Shown: positions 1 to 10,411, counted from the stretch's first letter. The stretch is 64,000 nt of DNA from an uncultured Bacteroidales bacterium (GCA_963739685.1 CAVUAX010000006.1:73670-137669); one strand, 5' to 3'. Translations and numbers: made by a program. The notes: generated from the sequence alone by a model not told the origin.

Positions 1-306
1 GGAATACCTGCTGGTAACAGGATTTTCAGGATGCCTTACTTTGATCCTGAAGGAAGAATGACTATTATGCAATGGAACACTGCCAGCCAGGGTGTTGATT
101 ATAGAATTGGTCCAAGGGAAACGAAAGTGGAAAGGTTCACATTTAAATTGCCATTTGATGTTGCCCCCGGAGAGATGAAAGTCAGAGCAGTTTTGAACTA
201 TCAGCTCCTGGTAAAACCTGTTGCCGACTTTCTTAAGGTGCCTGAAGATGAATCTGAAATTAAAATGGTTAATGATCATACAACCCTGGTTCAGATATTA
301 CCCTGA
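1..306 (+). CDS. C-terminal part of a protein entering from the left edge; possibly the C-terminal domain of a multiheme (c554-like) cytochrome
   Basis: The frame is open from base 1 (GIPAGNRIFRMPYFD...). The DYRIGPRETKVERFTF..VRAVLNY tail resembles C-termini of exported multiheme cytochromes, and it lies next to a CxxCH porin. No heme motif is inside the window. Confidence 0.4.
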   Translation, partial: GIPAGNRIFRMPYFDPEGRMTIMQWNTASQGVDYRIGPRETKVERFTFKLPFDVAPGEMKVRAVLNYQLLVKPVADFLKVPEDESEIKMVNDHTTLVQILP

Positions 307-343
307 TAAATAATGAATTGAGATTAACTTTAAGCTAAACAAT

Positions 344-1543
344 ATGAAAAAATACCAATATATAAATGTGGCTTCGCTGGCTCTGTTACTTCTTTTATTC
401 TTACCACTAAATAAGATCTATTCAATTCCGGCCTTTGCCAGGAAGTACCAGATCAGTTGCCAGGTTTGCCATTCACCTGCATTTCCGCGTCTTAAGGGAT
501 TCGGCGAAGAGTTTGCCAATAATGGCTTCAGGATGACTAAATATGAATCACCAAGATATTTCATTCAGACAGGCGATGACAGGCTTTCTCTATTCAGGGA
601 ATTACCTCTTGCTATCAGGCTGGAAGGTTTTGCATCTTATAATTTTAACAATGACAGAGAAACAGATTTCGGATCACCCTTTGTTATTAAAATTCTTTCA
701 GGTGGAGAAATTTCAGACAAAATATCCTATTATTTTTACTTCCTGTTCAATGAACTAGGTTCTGTAGCAGGAATTGAAGATGCATTCATAATGTATAATG
801 ACCTTTTTAATACCGGGATCACTTTTTATATCGGACAATTCCAGGCTTCCGATCCGCTTTTTAAAAGCGAATTAAGGTACACCCTTGAACCATACATGAT
901 ATACGGCGTAAAACCCGGTACTTCCCAGGCATCACTTAAATATGAAAGAGGCGTCACATTCGAGAAAAGTTTCCCTACGGGTACAACTCTTCTGGCAGAG
1001 GTTGTTAATGGGAACGGAATAGGTGAAGCAGGGGAGGATTTTGTTTTTGACACAGATAAACATAAGAACTTTCTTTTGAGGTTAACTCAGGAAGCAGGTA
1101 AAAATTTAGGTATCGGACTCTTCGGATATGCAGGAAAGGAAGATCTGACTGGAAATTCTGGACCTTTTACCAGCACCATAAAAATGTTTGGTCCGGATAT
1201 TAAATTGAACTTCGAAGACAGGTTTATGCTTAATCTCCAATATGTCTGGAGAACTGACTCTGAAGTTTTTCTTGCCTATATGAATTCTACAGTGAATAAT
1301 GTTTTGACTTCAGGCGGCTTTGCTGAGGTAATCTACTCCCCGAAAGGTGATATGAGCAAGTGGTATCTTACCGGACTTGCTAATTGGGTTGACTCAGATA
1401 TTGATGACCTTGATTACCAGTCAGCTACTCTGCACGCAGGTTATCTGGTAAGACGGAATCTCAGGTTAGTTGCAGAGTATACCTGGCAATTTTCAGGAAA
1501 TTCATACGGCAGGTTTAATACCGGGTTTATTTCAGCTTTTTGA
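344..1543 (+). CDS. Outer-membrane beta-barrel/porin with N-terminal CxxCH (ExtI-like porin-cytochrome family)
   Basis: Signal peptide, then IPAFARKYQISCQVCHSPAFPRL..FGEEFANNGF; amphipathic beta-strands; C-terminal Phe. Confidence 0.7.
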   Translation: MKKYQYINVASLALLLLLFLPLNKIYSIPAFARKYQISCQVCHSPAFPRLKGFGEEFANNGFRMTKYESPRYFIQTGDDRLSLFRELPLAIRLEGFASYNFNNDRETDFGSPFVIKILSGGEISDKISYYFYFLFNELGSVAGIEDAFIMYNDLFNTGITFYIGQFQASDPLFKSELRYTLEPYMIYGVKPGTSQASLKYERGVTFEKSFPTGTTLLAEVVNGNGIGEAGEDFVFDTDKHKNFLLRLTQEAGKNLGIGLFGYAGKEDLTGNSGPFTSTIKMFGPDIKLNFEDRFMLNLQYVWRTDSEVFLAYMNSTVNNVLTSGGFAEVIYSPKGDMSKWYLTGLANWVDSDIDDLDYQSATLHAGYLVRRNLRLVAEYTWQFSGNSYGRFNTGFISAF

Positions 1544-1780
1544 ACCGGGATACCATTGTTTAAAGAACTTTCCATTTACCGTTGACTTGTTCGGGGTATA
1601 AGAAATATCTCTACAGTCTGTTATAGGGAGCTTTTCCCTATTTATAATTTTTCTTATTTAGATTTCAGCCTGTTAAACATACTATTTAAAAAAGTAGTGC
1701 AGGAATTAAACGGCTTAAAATAATAATCACTACAATTGTACTGGAAAATTATTCATTTCTGAAGTATAAAAATTTATGTC

Positions 1781-2077
1781 ATGAAGTTACCGCATGAATG
1801 CCACTCCATTGAAGAAGTGCGCCAGGAAATTGATGAAATCGATCAGGTTATTATTGGTATGATCGCAAAAAGATTTTCTTTTATAAAAGAAATTATAAAG
1901 TATAAAAACAGTACCGATGATGTATATGCGAAAAACAGGTATTCTTCCGTTATTGGCAAACGTAGGGAAATTGCAGCCAGCCATCATTTGAATCCTGACG
2001 TTATTGAAAATATGTACCGGATATTGATGGACTATTTTATTAAAGAACAACTTGAATTGTTAAAGAATAAACAATAA
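1781..2077 (+). CDS. Chorismate mutase type II / isochorismate-pyruvate lyase (PchB-like)
   Basis: MKLPHECHSIEEVRQEIDEIDQ...KRF...K; AroQ-sized helical protein with a PchB-like N-terminus. Confidence 0.8.
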   Translation: MKLPHECHSIEEVRQEIDEIDQVIIGMIAKRFSFIKEIIKYKNSTDDVYAKNRYSSVIGKRREIAASHHLNPDVIENMYRILMDYFIKEQLELLKNKQ

Positions 2078-2087
2078 TAACAATACT

Positions 2088-3041
2088 ATGTACAGAAAAG
2101 ATATTAAAGTAGTGGATTGCACCATTCGCGATGGTGGCCTGATGAACAACTGGCATTTCAGTGATGACTTTGTAAGATCAGTTTACACTGCTTGTGTTGA
2201 GGCCGGGATTGACTATATGGAAATCGGGTATAAAAGCAGCGAGAAGGCCTATTCACGGAAAGATAACGGTCCATGGAAATTCTGTGATGAGAAGGATGTA
2301 AGACGGATTGTCGGTGAGAACAAAACCAATACCAAACTTTCGGTTATGGTTGATATTGGCAGGGTTGAGCTTGATAATATTCCACCGAAGTCGAAAAGTG
2401 TTATTGATATGATACGGGTGGCAACTTACGTTCACCAGATGGACAAGGCTATATTTATGGCTGAACATTGCATGGATAAGGGGTACGAAACGACCATAAA
2501 CCTGATGGCTGTATCAAAAGTAAATGAGAAGGAGCTTGATGAGGCACTCCAGGATGTTGCCAAATCGAAAGTACCGGTATTTTATGTGGTAGATAGTTTT
2601 GGAAGTATGTATTGCGAGCAGATCGAACTTATTACAAAGAAATATACTGAATTATTAAAAGGAAAAACAATCGGAATCCATGCTCATAACAATATGCAGC
2701 TGGCATTTTCCAATACTATTACGGCGATTATTCACGGCTGCAACATGCTGGATGCAACATTGCTGGGATTGGGAAGAGGTGCAGGAAATTGTCCGATCGA
2801 AATATTGATTGCATTCCTGAAAAATCCCAAATACCGTTTATTACCGCTTTTCAAATCGATTCAGGATAATATCCTTCCATTGCAGAAGGAGATTAACTGG
2901 GGATATCATATTCCCTATATGGTAACAGGTTCGATGAATGAGCATCCCAAGGAAGCCATGGAATGGATGGATTCTGAAAAAAAGGACGATTTTGTGGGGT
3001 TTCTAAGCCATATGCACGATAACTTTGCACTTCTTGAATAA
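2088..3041 (+). CDS. DRE-TIM metallolyase, 4-hydroxy-2-oxovalerate-aldolase-like
   Basis: DCTIRDGG, VDSFGS, GIHAHNN and GLGRGAGNCPIE motifs. Confidence 0.8.
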   Translation: MYRKDIKVVDCTIRDGGLMNNWHFSDDFVRSVYTACVEAGIDYMEIGYKSSEKAYSRKDNGPWKFCDEKDVRRIVGENKTNTKLSVMVDIGRVELDNIPPKSKSVIDMIRVATYVHQMDKAIFMAEHCMDKGYETTINLMAVSKVNEKELDEALQDVAKSKVPVFYVVDSFGSMYCEQIELITKKYTELLKGKTIGIHAHNNMQLAFSNTITAIIHGCNMLDATLLGLGRGAGNCPIEILIAFLKNPKYRLLPLFKSIQDNILPLQKEINWGYHIPYMVTGSMNEHPKEAMEWMDSEKKDDFVGFLSHMHDNFALLE

Positions 3042-3059
3042 GTATTTCCAACTTACATT

Positions 3060-5846
3060 CTAATCAGTAATTAATGTCTTAAACTCAAATTCTCCGGAGG
3101 ATACCTCGCAGGTAGTTTTTCCGTTATTAACTGTAACTTTGCTTACCACGGGGGATTTTGTTACCGGGATATTGCCGGTCATTATTTTTTCGGGATCCTT
3201 GCCGGCAATGATAACTGATGCCCGGGTGTTTGAAGGGATCCTTACTTTTAATGTGAAATACTTATCCTTAATATTCCATGAAGTCATAACTTCTCCATTT
3301 ATAGAACCGTAGGTAGTTTCTGCCCATGTTAAATCACCAACCGGTTCAGGTTCGATCACAAGGTTTTCATAAGATTTTGAACCTTTCGCCTGGCGGATTC
3401 CTCCGATCCCGCTGAAGAACCACTCCATAAGGTGACCAAGCATCATATGGTTATTAGATACATCTCTGAGGCCGGCCCACGATTCAGTAAGTGAGGTTGC
3501 ACCTTTTGACAGTTGATATCCATAACCCGGAACATCATTCCTTGAATTCATCTCATAGATTAATTGCGAATTATCTTCTTCTTCCAGCACTCTGAGGAGG
3601 TAGCGGTAACCAATATCTCCGGCAGTAAGTGCTTTATTATTTTCATTTATCGATTTGATAAGGTTTCCTGTCACCTCTTTTTTAAGGCTGTCTTCAACCA
3701 TTCCAAAGAAAAGAGGCATTGAATAAGCAGTCTGGCTGCCAGTCGAAATTACTTTTGTAACCGGATTAAAAAATTTTTCATTGAAAGCTTTCCTGATTTC
3801 TTCAGCCAATTTAACATAATATCCTGTATCTTCTGTTTCACCAATAAGGCTGGCCATTTTACTCATAAGAGTGGCATCATAAAAATATATCGATGTGGCA
3901 GTTACTGCTTTTGGTGTAAGCTGAGCTTCACCCGGAAATTTTGGACCGAGATCATACCAGTCACCCAGACCATGAGAAAGAATGTTGCCAGCTGACCTTT
4001 CCCGGAGATAGTTAAGGTATTTTTTCATCATCGGGTATGCTTTCCTGACAGCTTCGATATCACCATACCATTTGTACATGTCCCATGGAAGGATAATACA
4101 TGCACTTCCCCATTCCGGAGAATCCCTGAATCCACTGGTAAATGGGACATATTCAGGTGCAATATCGGGAACAAGTCCGTTATCAAGCTGTGCCTCTATC
4201 ATATCATCGATGACCTTATCATACAGATTATGAATATCAAAAATGAATTTTATGGAATTTCCCATAAGATGGGTCTGTTCGAGCCAGCCCAGTTTTTCCC
4301 TGTGAGGACAGTCGGTAGCAACACTGGCAAGGTTACTTTTTACAGACCAGTTTATCAGATTATATATTGAATTGAAGAGTTCATTGGAGCACCTGAACCG
4401 GCCCACTTCCGGCGAGGAGTTTCTTGTGTGCAGGAACTCAATATTTTGTATTACCGGGAGGTTATCAGGATTGGGATTATTTGCCGGTACTGCCCCATCT
4501 GCCTGTATGTACCTGAAACCATAGTAGGTAAATCGTGGCATCCATATTTCCCAATCTTCTCCTTTTAAGGTGTAGGAAAAATAAAATGGTTCTCCGGAAG
4601 CTTTCTGTGTAACAAGGGAATCTTTTCCCAGGAGCTCTCCGGGGGTAAACCGCACAATCTGACCTTTGTTCCCTTTAACTTTAATTTGTATTATCCCGGA
4701 AGCATTCTGCGCAAAATCATATACATAGCAATCATTACGTTTTCGGGTAACTTTTTTAAATGCAATAACTTCTTCTGCTTTAACCGGATAATCCTTTTCA
4801 GGACGAAGATCCCCGGAAGGTTCTTTTACCAGCAAAGCCTGCTTCCAATGGCTGTCGTCAAATCCGGGCTTATTCCATCCTGTCTGCTCAATCCGGGCAT
4901 CATAATCTTCACCCCCGTAAATACTTGAAAAGGTAACTGGTGATGGGAATGTTCGCCATGTTCCATCACTTACAATAGTTTCTTTGGTGCCATCGGAGTA
5001 AATGACTTCAAGTTTCATGATTATTTTAGGAGCTCCATAGGCAATAACCAGTTTTCTGTATCTCTCCCTGTTAATATTGTAGAATCCATTACCAACTATT
5101 GCACCTAAAGTATTTGAGCCCCTTTTAAGATTTTCAGTAACATTGAAAGTGTTATATAAGCAGGTTTTTCTGTAGTCGGTCCAGCCCGGTGCCAGAAAAT
5201 GGTCTCCAATTTTATCTCCATTGATATATACTTCGTATTGACCGAGTCCACTGACAAAAATATAAGCCCGGCTGATCTTCTTTTCCAGTGAAAAATCTTT
5301 TCTGAAGTATGGTACGACTGTTCTTGCTTTTGCTATGTTTCCAAGGTTATCTCCCTTTCCATGAACTCCCGGAACTAACAATAATGAATCCGGAATATCC
5401 TCATATCCGATCCACCTGGCACCGCTCCATCCGTTTTTATCAAAAAGTCCGGTAATGAATCTGGCGGTGCTGCTCCATGAAGATGATATGTCATTATCAT
5501 CCCAGACTCTGACTTTCCAATAGTAATCTTCTCCTGCTTCCAGAGGAGCCCCCCTATATTTTATCCAGGCTGTTTGTCCCGATTTTACCTTCCCTGAATT
5601 CCAGATGTTTCCTGTTTGCTTTTCTGCAAGTTCCTCATCTGTGGCAACAATAATCTGGAAAGCAGTCTGCCGGATGTTATTTGCTGGCGAATTGATCTTC
5701 CAGTTGAAAGTTGGATTACTTTCAGTGCCGGCAGGATTTTCAAGATTATTACATTTCAGCTCTGTAACAATAATTACAGGAGTATCTGCTTTAAGACAAT
5801 CCTGCGTCAGAAGCATAAGGAAGAGGAAATATTTAAAGGTTCTCAT
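3060..5846 (-). CDS. Alpha-L-rhamnosidase (GH78), secreted
   Basis: Signal peptide; YGGEDYDAR, FTYYGFRY, TDCPHREKLGW, GLGDW, GATSLTESW, SNNHMM motifs. Confidence 0.9.
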   Translation of the reverse strand: MRTFKYFLFLMLLTQDCLKADTPVIIVTELKCNNLENPAGTESNPTFNWKINSPANNIRQTAFQIIVATDEELAEKQTGNIWNSGKVKSGQTAWIKYRGAPLEAGEDYYWKVRVWDDNDISSSWSSTARFITGLFDKNGWSGARWIGYEDIPDSLLLVPGVHGKGDNLGNIAKARTVVPYFRKDFSLEKKISRAYIFVSGLGQYEVYINGDKIGDHFLAPGWTDYRKTCLYNTFNVTENLKRGSNTLGAIVGNGFYNINRERYRKLVIAYGAPKIIMKLEVIYSDGTKETIVSDGTWRTFPSPVTFSSIYGGEDYDARIEQTGWNKPGFDDSHWKQALLVKEPSGDLRPEKDYPVKAEEVIAFKKVTRKRNDCYVYDFAQNASGIIQIKVKGNKGQIVRFTPGELLGKDSLVTQKASGEPFYFSYTLKGEDWEIWMPRFTYYGFRYIQADGAVPANNPNPDNLPVIQNIEFLHTRNSSPEVGRFRCSNELFNSIYNLINWSVKSNLASVATDCPHREKLGWLEQTHLMGNSIKFIFDIHNLYDKVIDDMIEAQLDNGLVPDIAPEYVPFTSGFRDSPEWGSACIILPWDMYKWYGDIEAVRKAYPMMKKYLNYLRERSAGNILSHGLGDWYDLGPKFPGEAQLTPKAVTATSIYFYDATLMSKMASLIGETEDTGYYVKLAEEIRKAFNEKFFNPVTKVISTGSQTAYSMPLFFGMVEDSLKKEVTGNLIKSINENNKALTAGDIGYRYLLRVLEEEDNSQLIYEMNSRNDVPGYGYQLSKGATSLTESWAGLRDVSNNHMMLGHLMEWFFSGIGGIRQAKGSKSYENLVIEPEPVGDLTWAETTYGSINGEVMTSWNIKDKYFTLKVRIPSNTRASVIIAGKDPEKIMTGNIPVTKSPVVSKVTVNNGKTTCEVSSGEFEFKTLITD

Positions 5847-5875
5847 ATTGTTAATTAATAATATTAATTGTCAGA

Positions 5876-6664
5876 TCATTTATGGTCAGCAAACCGCCAC
5901 CAGGCAGCAGTACAGATGAGACCAAGCAGTGAAGTAACCATAAGTATCAAATAACTTATCAGTTTCAATGAAGGATTCCCCGGTCCGGAAACTCCGCTGT
6001 AAAGCGCAGGGATAGACCATGGAAAATATGGCGTAATACCGGCCATGCCAAGAAAAAGAAATTGAGTGATAATAACCAAAAGGATTACGATGCCAACGGG
6101 AAGCAGATAGCCCCGGCTTACGCAGGTAATAAAGGCTATCGGTGTACAAAGAAGTAATGTGAGCAGGGTACTTACAGTAAAGTTTAAGGAATATTCAGAA
6201 AACAGCTCCCTGTTCCAGCCATCAAGGTGTATTAAAATACCTGTAAGAATACTGAAAACAAACAAAATGAACAGAAGCAAAATGCTCCAGGTGACAATGA
6301 GTATAAATTTGGAAAGCACTATAGTCTGACGGGCAACCGGTAAGGCAAGCAAATCTTTTATCACCATGTCGGAGTATTCCCTTCCAAATACCCAGATTGT
6401 AACTATCCCGGGACCCAACATTCCCAGAATTAAAGTCATCTGAATCAACAGGTTGAAAAAAGATGGCCAGTCTGCAGTACCTATCAGTGAGGCCTTGGTA
6501 CTGAGGATTGCCGAGTTCCCGGCAACTTCAGGATGCTTTGACACAAACATCAGAAATCCCAGCATTACAGATATAAATGAAAAGAAAATTATAGTTACCC
6601 ATAATATTTTCGATCTTCGGGCTTTCAGAAATTCAGTATACAGGGCTGCATAAAATCCTTTCAT
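5876..6664 (-). CDS. ABC-2 permease, bacitracin/lantibiotic-immunity (BcrB-like)
   Basis: TEFLKARRS, FGREY..., ALPVAR motifs; about 6 TM helices; overlaps the ATPase stop. Confidence 0.8.
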   Translation of the reverse strand: MKGFYAALYTEFLKARRSKILWVTIIFFSFISVMLGFLMFVSKHPEVAGNSAILSTKASLIGTADWPSFFNLLIQMTLILGMLGPGIVTIWVFGREYSDMVIKDLLALPVARQTIVLSKFILIVTWSILLLFILFVFSILTGILIHLDGWNRELFSEYSLNFTVSTLLTLLLCTPIAFITCVSRGYLLPVGIVILLVIITQFLFLGMAGITPYFPWSIPALYSGVSGPGNPSLKLISYLILMVTSLLGLICTAAWWRFADHK

Positions 6665-7591
6665 TCGGAGTCCCCCTTCATTTTTATCATCCTGAGAAAA
6701 AAGGTTTCAAGATCTTCCTCCTCAACTTTGAGAAGCGAAGGAGGAAAGCCGGAACGGACAAGCATTATCGCGATATTTTCAGGTTTTGTAATTGCCTCAT
6801 TTCCTGCAATCTCGAGAAGGCCGGATTCGGAAATGACAGTACTGTAGCCACGCATATCCAGGATATGTTTTGCACCGTTTAGATCAACAGTTTTTACATG
6901 AAGGCATCTCTTTCTGAGAGAATCCATTTCGTGAACCACAGATTCGTGCAATAAGGAGACCCTCATGAATAATTCCGATACGTGTGGCAAATTTTGAAAT
7001 TTCTCCCAGAATATGACTGGAAATGAATATTGTGGTACCTTTGTTAAATGCAAGATCATGCAGCATGCCTCTTATTTCAACGATGCCTGCAGGGTCCAAT
7101 CCATTTGCAGGTTCATCAAGCAGAAGTATATCCGGCTCATGAAGCAAGGCCTTTGCAAGCCCCAGTCGCTGAACATTTCCCAGTGACAGATTCCTGGCAA
7201 TAATATCCTGGTATGGTCCAAGCCGGAGAGTTTCAATTATTTTTCCGACAGATCCCCTGTCACCTAAGAACCTTAACCTTCTGAACAGTTCAAGGTTTTC
7301 TTTCACGGTCAGGTCCGGATAACAATAGGGTATCTCAACAAGATATCCGACACTGTTCCATATTTCACGGATGCCGGGTCTTATCTTTTCACCATTCAGG
7401 TATAATGTACCGGATGTTGGTCTTATCATCCCCAGAAGCATACGGATAGTTGTAGTTTTACCGGCTCCGTTCAGTCCTAAAAAACCATATATTTCACCTT
7501 TGCGGACATTAAGGGAAAGCTTATCAACAGCCCTGAGTTTTCCATAGCTTTTGCAGAGACCCTCTGTTCTAATGACAATCTTTTCAGCCAT
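6661..7591 (-). pseudogene. ABC ATP-binding subunit (BcrA-like) split by one +1 frameshift near 6950 (pseudogene or sequencing error)
   Basis: ATG at 7591 (MAEKIVIRTEGL); Walker A GLNGAGKTT, LSLG, LLDEP, ISSH. Removing one base after IHEG restores ...LLHESVVHEMD...EEEDLETFFLRMI. Confidence 0.8.
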
Positions 7592-7598
7592 GAGGATA

Positions 7599-7880
7599 TC
7601 AATTAATATGAAGTAGGTTACCGGAGAGAATACAGGATTTTCCTTTCCCGGTTTTCTCAAGCATGGTAATCTTATCTTTATAACTTAATTTCAGGGGGGT
7701 ACCGGGCCTGGAGGTTAATCTGTCTTCTTTCAGTATTCCATTTTCCCTGTTAATGCTGACCTCAAAACCTCCCTTTGCAATCAATGTGTGGATAAAGCCC
7801 TTTTGCCATGCTAAGGGTAATGCGGGTAAAAGTTCCACCTCTCCTGCATGGTTCTGTGGAAGCATTTCAGTAGCAGTTTT
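7599..7880 (-). pseudogene. C-terminal remnant of a GH95 alpha-L-fucosidase
   Basis: TEMLPQNHAGEVELLPALPLAWQKGFIHTLIAKGGFEVSI matches the GH95 tail (EMLLQSH...LLPALP..W..G...GL.ARGGFEV) with decayed residues; the rest of the gene is absent. Confidence 0.75.
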
Positions 7881-8008
7881 CATTATAATTATAAGATCTG
7901 TACTGTTTACGCCACCGGGTAATAGTCTTATGGGCTTCATAGTTGTTTTGGGTTTGCAAAATATGGAGGGTTGTTGATAAATTTATTTGTTTGATCAACA
8001 GATCATAC

Positions 8009-8674
8009 TCACTTCCGATCTGCCAGTTTTTGCAATTCATCAGATTCATAAATACTTACTGAGGTATCTTTTTGTAAAGCTAAAATCATTGCCCTTGCCA
8101 CATCCCTGCCATGTATAGCCCTGTATTTTCTAAGCTTTCCTTTAAGTAATGGGTTGACGGTTTTCATTACGACTTTTCCAACCGCCTCTCCATTTCGCTT
8201 CTCCTTCCTTTCACCGAGAAGTATTGATGGTCTGACGATAACGATCTGTTTAAAATCCAGCTTCTTAATACCATTTTCCATCTCTCCTTTAATTCTCAGG
8301 TAATAATTACCGGAACCCGGATCTGCACCTATTGAAGAGATAACGGCGATTTTTTGAACGCCGTTAGCATTTGCGATTGAAGCAATCTGAATGGGAAGAT
8401 CCCTGTCAATCTTTTCAAGGTTGATTACTGAACCGGCCTTTTTAATTGTTGAACCAAGACAGATAAACAAATCATTGCCAGTTATATGTGCAGAAAAAAT
8501 ATCGGGATAGGAGAAATCTATGAAGATTTCTTTAACCTTCGGATGTGAAAAATCTGTTCTCTGACGTACGAAAATCTTTATCATCGAATAATCTTCCGAA
8601 TGTATCAATTCTTCAAGGAGCAAATTACCCACAAGTCCTGATGACCCGAATATCAACGCAATTCTTTTATTCAT
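8009..8674 (-). CDS. NAD(P)-binding atypical SDR (CC3/TIP30/YraR-like)
   Basis: GSSGLVG, FICLGSTIKKAG, YLRIKGEME, RPSILLG. Confidence 0.85.
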   Translation of the reverse strand: MNKRIALIFGSSGLVGNLLLEELIHSEDYSMIKIFVRQRTDFSHPKVKEIFIDFSYPDIFSAHITGNDLFICLGSTIKKAGSVINLEKIDRDLPIQIASIANANGVQKIAVISSIGADPGSGNYYLRIKGEMENGIKKLDFKQIVIVRPSILLGERKEKRNGEAVGKVVMKTVNPLLKGKLRKYRAIHGRDVARAMILALQKDTSVSIYESDELQKLADRK

Positions 8675-8882
8675 TGTTATAAAATGAAGCTTAGTTCAAA
8701 ATCAGACATCAGGGAATTATTAAGTTTAAGTTCCATTATTATCTCCAAAACTAAACTAAAATTCCGGTTAAATTAAGGAAGAGGCACGAAAAATTATCAC
8801 GAATAGTATGTTGAATATTATGTTTAAACATTTAAATTGCACGATGCTATAATTAACTGAAAGATAATTTTAGACAGTATCT

Positions 8883-10406
8883 ATGGGAAAGATTGAAAGT
8901 TTTTCAGCTTATATAAATGAAGGTTATTCCTGCAAAGGTGACGCTATAATCCTTGGTGCTGCTATCCTTGATGGCGAGGCCATCCCCGGGGTATATGTCA
9001 AGGTGCCTCTTAAAACATTGAACAGGCATGGTCTGATTGCCGGGGCAACCGGTACCGGTAAGACCAAGACCCTTCAGGTGATCTCCGAACAATTGTCAGA
9101 AAGAGGAATTCCCGTTTTGTTAATGGATATCAAGGGTGACCTTAGCGGAATTGCAATGCCTGGAGAGGAGAAACCTTTCATTACCGAAAGACATACAAAG
9201 ATTGGTCTCCCATATTCGGTAAAAGGATTCCCCGTGGAATTATTATCGCTATCACAACAGGATGGTGTCAGACTGCGTGCTACGGTTTCCGAATTCGGAC
9301 CTGTCCTGTTATCACGCATACTTGGCCTTAACGATACCCAGGGAGGCGTTCTGGCAATAATCTTTAAATACTGCGACGACAATCAGCTGGCTCTTCTTGA
9401 TATAAAGGACTTAAAGAAAGTAATACAGTTTATTACAGAAGAGGGGAAAGCAGAGATTGAGAGGGAATATGGAAAAATATCAACCTCTACTACCGGTATC
9501 ATATTACGCAAAATTATTGAACTTGAGCAACAGGGTGCTGATCTATTCTTCGGAGAATTATCTTTCAACATTAATGACATGCTTCGTGTTGACAGAAACG
9601 GTAATGGTTATATCAACATTATAAGGTTAACTGATATACAGGATAAACCAAAGCTCTTTTCAACTTTTATGCTTTCACTTCTTGCAGAGGTTTATACCCA
9701 GATGCCTGAAAAGGGAGATGCAGAGAAACCGGAACTGGTAATTTTTATAGATGAGGCTCACCTCATTTTTAATCAGGCGGGCAGGGCCCTGCTTGACCAG
9801 ATAGAGAACATAGTTAAGCTTATCCGTTCAAAGAGAGTAGGGATCTTTTTTGTAACACAGAATCCAACAGATATACCTAATGGTGTCCTGGCTCAATTGG
9901 GTCTTAAGGTTCAGCACGCTTTGAGAGCCTTTACAGCCATTGACAGAAAAGCAATCAAACTGACTGCAGAGAACTATCCTCTTTCAGATTATTATAAAAC
10001 AGATGAAACTATTACCTCTCTTGGTATAGGTGAAGCACTGGTAACAGCGCTAAATGAAAAAGGGATTCCCACACCCCTTGCTGCAACAATGCTGAGAGCT
10101 CCGATGAGCAGAATGGAAATACTAACACCTGATGAGATATCCCTTTTGAACAGGTCATCCGCCCTGGTTTCCAAATATAGTGCAGTAATTGACAGGGAAA
10201 GCGCTTATGAGATACTTGGAAGGAAGATTGCGGCAATGGAAAAGGATGCTTCTGATGAAGTGGTGAGGAAAGAATGGGAAAAGCAGAGGAAAGATGAGTG
10301 GGGGAGAAGGAGTAGCAGAAGGCCGGCTGCCAATCCAATTGTAAAAGTTCTGACCAGTGCAACCTTTATAAGAGGAGTTTTAGGAATTCTGAAAAAGGTA
10401 ATGTAA
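8883..10406 (+). CDS. HerA/FtsK-like ATPase, DUF853 (YjgR family)
   Basis: NRHGLIAGATGTGKTKTLQ, DIKGDLSG, FIDEAHL, FVTQNP, QHALRAFT. Confidence 0.9.
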   Translation: MGKIESFSAYINEGYSCKGDAIILGAAILDGEAIPGVYVKVPLKTLNRHGLIAGATGTGKTKTLQVISEQLSERGIPVLLMDIKGDLSGIAMPGEEKPFITERHTKIGLPYSVKGFPVELLSLSQQDGVRLRATVSEFGPVLLSRILGLNDTQGGVLAIIFKYCDDNQLALLDIKDLKKVIQFITEEGKAEIEREYGKISTSTTGIILRKIIELEQQGADLFFGELSFNINDMLRVDRNGNGYINIIRLTDIQDKPKLFSTFMLSLLAEVYTQMPEKGDAEKPELVIFIDEAHLIFNQAGRALLDQIENIVKLIRSKRVGIFFVTQNPTDIPNGVLAQLGLKVQHALRAFTAIDRKAIKLTAENYPLSDYYKTDETITSLGIGEALVTALNEKGIPTPLAATMLRAPMSRMEILTPDEISLLNRSSALVSKYSAVIDRESAYEILGRKIAAMEKDASDEVVRKEWEKQRKDEWGRRSSRRPAANPIVKVLTSATFIRGVLGILKKVM

Positions 10407-10411
10407 ATATA

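Noticed and set aside
1623-1641. ATAGGGA/TCCCTAT hairpin after the porin gene as a terminator
   Set aside because: Short AT-rich stem with an interrupted T-tail; too weak to call
2088-3041. DRE-TIM enzyme as the Re-citrate synthase complementing acnA-icd
   Set aside because: Length and motifs fit the HOA-like subgroup better, and it is 25 kb from acnA; not supportable without a phylogeny
6884-7940. Track ORFs 6884..7660 and 7599..7940 as intact genes with those starts
   Set aside because: The upstream extensions are non-homologous; better explained as an ATPase starting at 7591 plus a GH95 remnant
8883-10406. HerA ATPase as an anti-phage system
   Set aside because: It is the widespread DUF853/YjgR type, with no SIR2, NurA or nuclease partner adjacent
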